Source: Nymphaea colorata (Eukaryota). Taken from it: 64,000 nucleotides of DNA. The stretch is taken from positions 28,086,001-28,150,000 of the forward strand of contig NC_045138.2 of assembly GCF_008831285.2 (NCBI RefSeq). Reading direction: 5' to 3'. The notes under the pieces are model-generated. The model saw only the letters and a list, made by a program, of their open reading frames with translations. It made no database searches and was not told the DNA's origin. Shown here one piece after another: positions 38,563 through 49,435 of the stretch. Numbering within the stretch: the stretch's first letter is position 1; each line of letters starts with the position of its first letter. The position numbers were made by a program, and so were the translations under genes.

Positions 38563-40752
38563 TTAACTAGCCGGCCGGAGCTCCTCTTGGCCGGAGATCG
38601 GGAACCCCTCATTGTTCAAAACCTCCACTGGCCATAGTTTGTACGGCACATTGTAGAGCGTGGAGTTGAAGGTGATGTTCGCAAGCGTCTTGACATTGAT
38701 GGGGTGAACTTCGCTGCTCAGATTGGATAGGTAAGCCCTTGTGGAGAGATAGTTGTACACCTTCTCCGTCGGGTGCACCCTGTCGTAGTAGAGGTAGATG
38801 CTCCTGTTCGAGCACGGGCTCCCGTACTCTTCACATGTGATCCCTTCAGTGCCCTCCACGTAGCAGCAAGACGCATTGATCACTTCTATTCCTGTCCAAA
38901 TTCAAAAAAAAAAAGTATTATTAAAGTGTAGATAGATGTCGCAACTTAATTTGGTTGTAGTATTTTAAATCATGATCTAGTTTTGGAATCATATCTGGAT
39001 CCATTCAATTGGGGAAAATCTGATTATGATGGGCGTGCCCCGATCCAGAAAAGGAAGAGAGTAACGCACGTACCGAAGGAAGCAGGTTCGTCAATGACTT
39101 GGCTGATAATGTTGTAGGTGTTGACGTAGACGAATACAGAGCCAGGCATCTCCTCCATGAAGTCGTCCAGGGAAGCATTCAAATAGTTATTGAACATAAC
39201 CATTGCATCGTTGTACTCCTTCACACAATCCCCGTCATTTTGGATTCTGGAAGTAGGGTTGCAGCCACTTGGTTGGATATTGTACAGAACAAATTTCCGA
39301 GCTCCGGCTTTGTAAAGTTTCTATCAATAAGTAAAATAAATAAATAAATGTTCAAGTAATGTCCACAAATAGTTACCAGGCCAATTAGACTGTATTAAAT
39401 AATGTTTTCCCAAGTGGTTGCCCAGTTGGTCTGAGGACAGATCAAATATGATCAGGTGCCATTGATTCAACTCAATGCTAGAAGCTAAAAGACTAAATCG
39501 CCCTTGAATTATAAAAGAAAAAAAAAAAGTGACAAGGATAAAGAGACTCTAAAAGAGGCCCAAGAATCTTTTTTCTTTTTCCTTTTCTCAGGGTTGAAGG
39601 TTCAGGATTATTTTGGGATAATTATGACACTAGTCAACTAAAATATCGCACACCCATCTTTTACAAATTCACCAGGAAAGAAAGATTGAACTAGCTGTCA
39701 CCAGTCCAGTAGTCCTTAAGCCAAAAAGAAATACAAAGAAAACGTGTGTTGAGTACCTGAAGTTGGATGGAGTAGTTCCCGATAAGGTTGGTAGTGAGTT
39801 CTTCAAAATCACATGTATCATCTGATGTTTCGAAGCAAAGATAGTTGTAATCGTTGCCGCCGATGAGGGACATGAAGATGGCGTGGGACATGAAATATGA
39901 AGTGTCGTTGAGCTCAGCCTCCAGCTCCGGCAGCGTCACGTTCAGGAAGTTCTCCACTTGGTGGCTCAGTGGTATGATATGCGACTGCGACACACAAATC
40001 ATCCATCACATGCCAATGAAACAGTGTAGAGAAATTGACATAGAAGCTAGGTTCAGTCAGTTTGGTTTGGTCGATAGACGCAATGCAGCGGCTTCATTTT
40101 CAAGAACAACAATGGAAGTGGAAGGGATACGACAATTTAGACGAGGTGATGATGTCAGTTCAAACAGTGTAAGTAGAAATAAAAGGGGAGGGAACTCTTG
40201 TCTCTCACTAAACAAACCTCCCACCGACAGGTGGAAGCAGAATTTCTGGCAAAAAACAGTCGCTTCCCCTTTGTTTTATTTTTTTCGAAGCGACTTCCCA
40301 TGTGCGTAACGATTAAAAACAAAAGAAATAAAGAGCTAAGAGTTTTAAATTCAAGGGTTAACATAATCTGCACTTACGGTCACCCAAGTAGTGTCAAAAA
40401 TGCCAGCACCAGCAGAGGCATAGTTAACGCCATGGAGGATGCGATCACCCTTAGTCTGAGGGTTGTTGAACACGGGAAGGTAGTCGGGGATGCCCAAGTG
40501 CTCCGCCAGTACATCCGCCGGGTTCCTCCCATTTGTGAACCTCCCGGTTGGCCCCAGAGGGAAGTCCACCCCGTAGGGTGGGAAGTCCGACTTCGCATCA
40601 CTATCATTAATGTAGTTGTTGTTTCCGTTGTCCAGGAACGAGTCCCCAAACACGAAAAGAGCCTTCACTGCAGCCTCCTCGGCCTTCACTGGCTTGAGAA
40701 AGACGATGAAGTGAACCAGGGAGAGAAGGAGGAGGCTGGCGACTGCCTTCAT
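38563..40752 (-). CDS. Secreted GDSL esterase/lipase 'GDSL-4', 4 exons, 392 aa
   Basis: Exons 40752-40378, 39984-39757, 39320-39074 and 38891-38563 with GT-AG introns, 1179 nt open. All SGNH blocks intact (GDS, GVNYASAGAG, GGND, DRVH). Confidence 0.94.
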
Positions 40753-42046
40753 GTTTGCAAGAGTGTTCCTTCAGAAAGCGAGATTGATGTTCCTTGGCGA
40801 CTGAATTAGCCTCCTTTTATACAGTAGTAATGCTTGACTTAACTAGACCAGACCGCAACCGGGAAGCCGGCGTCCAAACATCCAGTGAAGTTGATATCTC
40901 CACTCAACTGCAACAATCTACCCTCGTCGTTGGGGGCTTACCGATGCACCTTTCCTTTCCTGATCCACATGCATCTACCCGTCTAAATCACGTGAACCGT
41001 TCTAAAACTGGCGGTTGGTCGGCCAACTTCCGTTACTCTTCCAAGCGTGGCCGTCTATCAATCTTATATGACGGAGCTGAGGGGGCATAATGCCCCACGG
41101 TGTAGGAAATTTTTGTGGGCCAACATAAGTAATGGCAAAAATACAAAAAAAAAAAAAGAAATCTTTGTAGGGACAGAAATAAAAATTTAAAAAAAATTAA
41201 AAAACTAAAATAAGTATTTCTTTTTAAATAATTCCTAAAATATCATAACTCTAACCCTGTTTTCTTTTTGGCGTATAGATGTTATGTGCACCATCGGCGC
41301 ATCCAACTCACTCTCCCCCTACCCACACCCCGTTCTCTGATTGAAAAAAAAAAAAAACTTCTTTTATGGTATATTTGGATTCTCATTAAAATTTTAAAAC
41401 TATAATTTGGCCTTTCTAATGAAGAATGTTTTTTTCTGCCCATCTATGTTAATTTCAGATTTACTTGGTAACACAGTTAATTTTTGTACATTAATTAATC
41501 TCTTTCTACTGATCCCGACTCTTCACATTCACATGCTGAACCAACTCACTGCATCTACCACCTACTTGCAGCTATAGGATTGCAAAACTGTGTTGCTGCA
41601 GCCATATATCTTCTTCTAGTGGACATGCATTTATTTTGCCAGCGGAAAGTTTTACTTGGAATGGACATGTGGATGCATTAATGAATATTATCCGGAGATT
41701 GATAAATTAAAAATTGGTCAAACCGATCAATATTTAGAAAGATAAGTCGGTGTGCGAAAATAAACCGTACGGCCACATCAAATAAGAAACAAGATCTCCA
41801 ACATTTCTTGAATACATTTCTTGAATAACGAAATTAACAAGCAAATCAAAATCCTGGATCTTGAAATGCTCTTACAAAATTGACTTCGCTGTTGACTACG
41901 GATCAAGTGCGCGTGAAAGAAGCCATGATGATCAGCTTCCTCCGTTATCTAATATGATTTCAGTAGATTAGTCTTTGTTCGTGTTAACGAGAATTTTGTT
42001 CGTGAAGAAGAAGCGACGCATGCTTCTCAATTTCTTCTCTTGCCGA

Positions 42047-42406
42047 CAGGGCTGTTCAATGACTGGAGCTCGAGTTAAGTGGGCTGGGCTGGGTTAAACT
42101 CAGTTAAGCTAGAGAAAGATAATATATAAAATACATCTCATAATATTATCAAAAAAATAGATTGTTCAAATGGATATACATATGACTGATATGTGACAGG
42201 TATTATGTTCAACTTATATGCCACCTCTTCCTTTAAAAAGATCATTTTTTTAATGAAATGTTTGGCTTGGCCAAGCCAATCTTGGGCTCGAGCCAAGTTC
42301 AAGTTTTAATAACTCAAGCCGAGTCAAGCTCGAGCTAATGAAATCGAGCTCGAGCTGAGTTGCAGCTGGCTCCAACTCGGCTCGAACTCGCCCATGAACA
42401 GTCCTA
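42047..42406. mobile_element. hAT-like MITE (GAGCTCGAG-rich family)
   Basis: TIR CAGGGCTGTTCA / TGAACAGTCCTA and a perfect 8-bp TSD CTTGCCGA. Confidence 0.9.
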
Positions 42407-42646
42407 CTTGCCGATGTAAAACCATTGGGTTCCTTTGTGGACTTGCACCATGTGACTTTAAAAGCTTACTGTTTCATTAGAGGTCGTTTGATAGTTGTAT
42501 CACTGAGCAGAATGAACATGACATCCTGTCTACCACACTATTATTCTCTCCATCCAGTCAATGGTGTTTTCCGAACAAAACACCATGTCCCATTTGTCCA
42601 GTGTTTGTTTAGGGTAAGTGAAATGTAATGATTCGTTGTCCAGCTG

Positions 42647-42998
42647 CTAAGTCACATGGGTATTTGAGTAAAGTTCTTGTACTCATGTCACCTTATCAAC
42701 ATGACAAAGATGACAAAGCAGGTACTTGAACACACCTAGTTACTTTTTTATTCAACACCGATCCCAAAGGCCTATATATTTACTTGATTTAGCTTGTTTG
42801 TAATTCAATTTTCACTCGCATTTGTGAGTTATTGATCATTAACATGTATTTTTTCATTTATATTACTTGGCTATTTCAAATGTCGCTTTCCTTTTGAAGT
42901 TTTCATGGTCGTTTGCCGTACCCTTGTATCTGCACTTTCTAAAATGGTTGTGCCGGTACCCGTATCTACATAAGCTTACCTACTCCCATGTAACTTAG
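42647..42998. mobile_element. hAT-like MITE (CTAAGTCACATGGG family)
   Basis: TIR CTAAGTCACATGGG / CCCATGTAACTTAG and TSD TCCAGCTG/TCCAGCAG. Confidence 0.88.
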
Positions 42999-43717
42999 TC
43001 CAGCAGACTTCTCTTGCAAACGCTAGATCTCTTTTGAAAGTGATCGAGGGGACAATTTACTATTAATAAATTGACATCCTATTAAGAAATCAGTTCAGAT
43101 TTGAATTTAAGGAATGACATCTGACCGATTGGATTCAGATTTCTAACAAGCATAATAAATTTTTTTGTTTCAAAATACCGTGAATGAATTTGTAAGCCTA
43201 ATTGCATCTTAAAGTTCAGAAATTTCAAGTCAGATTTTTTCCTCTGATTTAAAATTCATGAATTTTTGAGACATATTAACAGAACTTTAAAATCTATAGT
43301 TCTCAAATCCGCAATTTGTTAGAACCTAGAATTTTCAAGTGAGCCCCACCTTAAATCAGAACAGGTAATCAAACGGCCCCAAGAGTTCCACAAGATTCAT
43401 GTCCGAATTTCACTTGTAACACAGACAAGAAACAGGCTAGCTATATTCCTGTTTTAGACACCTAATCACCCAAAACCTGCGGTACCTAGAACGTGTCACT
43501 GCTCACTAGGATGTACCAGAAGTCATAAGCTGCAAGAACAGAATCCCCAAGCTACACATGCTCTTGCCAGTTGTCAATTGAGGAGTCAGGTTTTACTCTC
43601 AACTGCAGAGATAGCATGTTCTGCTACCACACTTTACTTCTAGCCATCAGAGGCTCTTTCTGCATCATGTTGCACCAGTTCCTGTCTCTTAATGACTCTT
43701 TACCTTACATGCAGGGA

Positions 43718-43781
43718 AAGAGAGAGAGACAGACAGACACACACACACACACACACATAGAGAGAGAGAGAGAGAGAGAGA
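43718..43781. repeat. Compound (GA)/(CA)/(GA) microsatellite downstream of the AP4S stop
   Basis: Read directly from the sequence. Confidence 0.95.
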
Positions 43782-44036
43782 AGGAACTAATTTCTATGAG
43801 TTCAAACCACGGTTTAAAGAAGAAAAGAATGCATCAATGTAGAATATTAAGAATAGATTTAGTCACACTGCGATACTTGATCCAGGTATGTGCATCAAAG
43901 GTACTTCCTAAGTATATTTGGGAATGTCGCCAGTCAAACGGCCCACTCTTTCTTTTTCTTTCACTGACTTTATGCCAACGATGTTGTCGACAGCGAAAAG
44001 AACTTTCAGCATCTATCCTGCGATCTCTGAAAATCC

Positions 44037-47000
44037 CTAGGAAGCTTTGTCCATGAGCTGAATAGGTGCTAAAACGTTTGACTTGTTGGTCTCAACAATG
44101 CAGCCATTCATGACCATCTCTTCAAGCATGAAGTGGGCCTTTTCCAGGTGGAACATTATATCCAGTTCACACTGCAGTCAAGGGAAGAAGAATTAACTGG
44201 ACGATACAGAATTGTAGCTCCAGGTAAATCCAAATATGTGACAACTTAGAGAAGATTTCAAAAACCTCCTACCACATTTCCAAAGTGGCGGTCCATAGTT
44301 TCCACTAGTAAGTGTATAAATTCCAGAATTGCTAGTTCATTCTGCAACAAAAACAAGAGAATGATCATGAGGGGAGATTTTCTGGTGTGACGACGACACA
44401 TTAAGTTATCTAAATGTGATAAGACGGCTACAAGTCTCGTAAGGATTGTTGATGTAGCCCTCACTAGTATCATTATATACTGCCGAGGAAGGTTACTGAT
44501 CGAAGAACAAAAAAGGAACATTACATGGAACATGAAAATATTAAACAAGCTCGTAGAATGAATGACAATAGTTACTATCTATAGACCAGAGACATTGGGC
44601 TCACCTCATCATTATCAACCCCTACCAAGAAAAAGAGTGACGCATAGCGCCTATACACGATCTTATAGTTTCGATGCTCAACAAATGAACACTGCATTTG
44701 AAGAAAGAGAAAACATGCCACACGTGAGAATGTGACCTAAAGAATTATGCAGACTTAAACAAACAGTAATTGTTCAGAATCTCAGATATATATCTAAATA
44801 CGTCACGAGTTGTAGCCTTAAATGCTAAGCAAAGTGGAGACAATTAAGTACGCGAGCAATATTACATTAGCCTGTTAAGGTAGATAAATTCACCTATATC
44901 TGGATAGCATACAACACATTTAAAACAACAAACAGCTATTCATCCTCAGAAAAAAAAAGGACACTCGCAATGCCCCCTCAGTCAAGAGAAGTTTAATTGT
45001 ACCATGTACGAAGTTTAAAAGTTCATGACTATGCTAGGACAGAGAAAGAGTGCAATATGAAATGAATGAGTACCTGATAGGCCATATATTCAGTAATATA
45101 AACATATAGGCACAAATTATGATACAGTAAAAACTAAAAAGCAAAACCTCAGAAATTTAACCAATACAAAGGAACAAAAGCAACCGTCATCAATCAAGTT
45201 GCCATGAATCATGAAGTGAAGGAGTTCATGTAACAATCACACAAAGAAGACAAGTGTTAGCCAACCAGATGGACGAATTGCAAGACAAATAGTCTTGAAA
45301 AAATGTAAGCACTTCATAACACAAATGTGACACTTAAACCCAAAAAAAAATAACAATAATAATGCTAAGCATAGCACGAAGAAAAGTATGCTCAATGTCA
45401 AAGAAGATTTATAAACACAGAAAGGTCAAAAAGATAAGAAGAAATTAAGGTGTGGTAGAAAACTGAGCTGCTAACACATCCATGGTCAACTCAATTATGG
45501 CAGACTTCAGGTCATCTCAATGATGTGTAATTTACTCGGACAGAGATCGGCATGCTTCTATCAATCCCAGTATCTTAAAGCAACCAATGGAATTATGTGA
45601 AATTTAAAGCAATTTTGCATGTCATCTACCAATAGAAAACTGCCAATAACATAAGATCCTGAAACTATTTCTTATTAGAATCAAAGATCTACAAGGATTT
45701 TGATGTTATCAATTTGATGAGACCTGATCATAACATGGAGTCCTCCTTTTTGGTTTTTGTTTTTTTTCTTTCCTTTGCTTCCTAGTAACAGTAAGGGAAA
45801 CTACTAAGAAGTTTTTTCCATTCAAACAAACTCCTAGCAGATAATAACCTAGAGGATAACAAATTAAAATTTTACAGAATAAGGGACCGAAATTGAATCT
45901 TTTATGATGGCTAAGTGGTTAAACTTCCACATTCACAGAATTCCCTGACAAATTCTTAAAAAACGGATAGAAGTGATTAACCTCTAAACATAGCAATAGT
46001 CTTATCAAGTGCCAATGAAAGATGCGTATCGTACTTGTCTTCTAGCTGAATAAAAATCAAATACAAGTTAGAAACTTAGAAGTGTATTTAGTATTTACAC
46101 AACGATGTATAGATAATCCTCACAATATATTTTAAACTTGGTTAGCTAATAGTCCTGTTCCTTAAAAAAACCAAGCTATTGTCTGATCGCTACTGGAAAC
46201 TGCTGATGCAATAATCTAAACAACATCCATACTTTTGAGTCGTCAACATGCATGTCCAATCATTAGTAATAGGTACATAAAATCCTCGTAAGATATCTAC
46301 AAAGGCCGAAGGGTCAATAGAGGAGAAGCTTCCTCTAAAGCATTAGCGACCTGCCCAATGATCATCGTGAGCTGGTTTTCGAGCACTTGTTCATTGTCAA
46401 TTCTTCCAAAAAAGATGACGGCTCTTAATTTGGTATCAGATAAACTTTTTTTTTTTAACATTACGGTCAGGACTAGAAGGAATATTTAAGCTCTTGAAAA
46501 AACTGTCAAAAGTTAAACCTCAGCCAGCATCAATCGTAAAAGAAAAGTAAATACGAGCAATGTGCCACAAATTTCCTCTCTTGCCATGAACAAAACAGAG
46601 ATACCCAACATGGACAACTTATCTTCATTAGCCATTAAAATACCATGGAAATATCGAACAATTTGCTATTTAAAAGGCAAAAATAAAGCACAATTTCGCA
46701 TCCGCACAAACGAAAATGAATAGTTACACACCACAACTACAGGAGTCATGCATCACATGAAGAAAAACGGGAAAAAAATAAGAAAGACCGTCGCTATGCC
46801 TTAAAAAGTAAAATCTTTACAGGTATAAACATAATTTCATCAATCTTTGCGTTCCTTCAAAAAGAATTAAATAAATTGCTCTGGAAATTTGCATCCCCTA
46901 AACATACAAACAAACCATCCTGAAGCGAAGGATGACATGTTCACCAAAATCTCAATTGAACAAGACCAGATTAGAGGAACTGATAAAACACCGAGTCCAT

Positions 47001-47188
47001 AATGATGGTAATGGTGAGCAGGGAAAAGACAGACAAAGAAATAGAACCTGGTGTTCTGTCCGGGTGAGGCACTTCCTTACGATCTCTGCCTCGAGCGCCC
47101 TCCTCTCCTCGAGGGTGAGGTACTCGTAGTACTGGGCGAGCCGCGTCTGCCCTTGCTTGTTCACCATGAGTATGAATCTGATCCCCAT
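44037..47188 (-). CDS. AP4S: AP-4 adaptor complex subunit sigma, 4 exons, 143 aa
   Basis: Exons 47188-47048 ([21 protein letters not shown]...), 44691-44605 ([21 protein letters not shown]...), 44341-44273 ([23 protein letters not shown]) and 44171-44037 ([20 protein letters not shown]...). Canonical splice sites. Confidence 0.96.
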
Positions 47189-47824
47189 CTGCTGCTCTCT
47201 CCCGCTCTCTCTCTCCCCGCTCCACCTTCCTCCGTCCTTTTCCCGGGAGCAGAATTCTCCTAGGGCCGTCTATAGATACCATACCGGATTTGTATCAATT
47301 CCTGACCCGGACCCAAAATCATGGATATGAGAATTCTGGCCCGAATTCCACTCATATAGTTTTGGTTTTACATACTATGCTTTCAAATGGGTCGGATCAG
47401 ATACAACAGTTTTGCTTTTCTATTAATACCCAATTCAAATTTGACTGGATTTTCAGTCTTGGATCCAACATTTATGAACATGTTTATTGAGGTCCTCCTT
47501 TGGAACAGTATCTGTACAACAGGAAGTGAAACACAAAGCACAAATGCAAACATAGGAAGATTCAGAAAAAACATTACATTAGCAAAAGTGATGTCAATAT
47601 GAGAGTGTTTGATGGGCGAGATATTCTTTGCTCGGGAAAAATATATCTCTGATGTTCATGTTCATGTGCCCCTCAAACACAAAAGAAACCGATCATGGGA
47701 AACAAAAAATGCAAAGTTGTGGGAGTCCACTTTTTTTCACGGCGTCAAAGCACCCGCGTGTTTGATAGTGGGCTGCCATGAAACGAGTTCTTTTCTTTTT
47801 TGATCCTTCCCTTCAACAACTTAC

Positions 47825-48238
47825 GGAGTCAACTCGTGTTCGACTCGAACTCGCTCTAAAAAACTCTACTCGTGCTCGACTTGTTTATAAATGAGCCGAG
47901 TTTATAGCTTACAAAGATATTTGAAATGATAAATGAGTCAAGTTCGAGTTTCAGAAACTCGACTCGTTTAATTTTGGCTCAACTCGCAAATTGGTACTCT
48001 ATATAATGTTACCAAAGCTGGTTCAGTTACATGAGTTAAACGCTTACATGAATTACACGAGTTAATGTTTACACAAGTTAACGCTTAAACAAGTTAAATG
48101 AGTTAAACGAGTCGAATTTGAACTCTATTTTGTTTAGTCGAGTCGAGCTTGAGCTTGCTATAAGGAGCTCAACTCGAGTTTGAGCCAAACTAGAGCTCCA
48201 TTTTTTTGAGCCGAGTTGAGGACTCGTGTGCAGCCCTA
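47825..48238. mobile_element. Truncated GAGCTCGAG-rich hAT-like MITE in the AP4S/Aurora intergenic region
   Basis: ACTCG/CGAGT repeats at both ends and a TGCAGCCCTA terminus. Confidence 0.7.
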
Positions 48239-49214
48239 CACCTATTGCTTCATTTAGTTTTCTTTTGACTGTACACACCCTCTACAAATGGTTGTGTGCA
48301 ACGCTTCATTGATAGGTGTTTCAGTTTTCACTGAAATTCTGAAGCAGTTGAGGGGGAGGGGTCTTGTTTTGAACATCTTTTTGTATTGATACTTAGATTA
48401 GAAGTTCTTAAACGAGTTATTTACCCTTGGGATCCACGCATAGGCCGAACCAAGGAGAAGTTTGTCTCACGACCAAAGATTACTTTGCGAGGGCATTTGA
48501 GAAAATGAACATTGTGTTTTTAAGCTGCATGCATTCTTGAAATGTTTTTATGTGTTTCTGAAAACATGATGTGATTTTGGATATCGTTTTTAGGTGAAAT
48601 GACCAAAGGTTGAGCATAATTAAACTATGTATTGTGAAACAAAAACATGTCATATTTTAAAATACAAGTTATAAGAACATGTGTTTCAAAAATACAACGT
48701 TCTTTTTTTTTTTTTAATCAAAAACCCTTTACAAGGCGCCTATAAATGGGAATAAGTGTGAATGGAAAAAAGATAAATCACTTTTTAACATCCAAACTCG
48801 CTTTTGTTCCCTCTTTTTTTTTTCAATGCTTGAAGATGGAGGCCGTCTGGTCTTAATTTGCTTGCAAATTTTAAGTGAACTCTTCGTGATCAACGTCTTT
48901 GCTAAGAAGGAAGTGGATCGGGTTTGACCATGCAACCCTACTTTAGATTTAAAAAAAAAATATAAAATTTACTTAAATTTTAAAATTTTATTTATATTTC
49001 GGTCTTTATTACAAAAAAGTTTTAACTCTGCCCTTACTAAACGTGGTCACGTGCTATCTGGGCCAGAAAAGATACTGGTTCCACTAACGAGATCCGGTCC
49101 AAATATGATCCAAAACTTGGCCGGGTCATGAGATAAACTCTTCCATGTTCCCGCCCGACGTGGTATGGATTTAATGAATGGCAGTCCGTGGGACCGGGAA
49201 ACTCTGCTGCGTTT

Positions 49215-49355
49215 TTTAGCCGTTACCCGCTCCAGTGGGCCCCACCATTTTTTTTCTTCGATTTTGGTCCGTATATTACTCGAGGAAAAAGAATAGGCGT
49301 GGAACTTTAAAATTAAAGAGAGAGAATCCGACCGTTGCCGCTCTTTATTTCAAAC
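49215..49355 (+). promoter_or_regulatory. Putative G2/M promoter module of Aurora kinase
   Basis: MSA cores (AACGG on the minus strand) at 49220-49224 and 49332-49336, a TCP-like GTGGGCCCCAC at 49235, and a CHR-like TTCAAA at 49349-49354. Confidence 0.55.
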
Positions 49356-49435
49356 GCTTTCGTTCTCCTTCGTCCTCGTCGACGTCGTCGTCATTTCCCT
49401 TCTCGAGTTCCTCAGCGAAAACCCTTTTGTTGGCA

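Noticed and set aside
40198..40809. Plus-strand ORFs antisense to GDSL exons (also 2327-2653, 26278-26634, 39854-40309)
   Set aside because: Shadow ORFs caused by GC-rich third codon positions in the real minus-strand exons.
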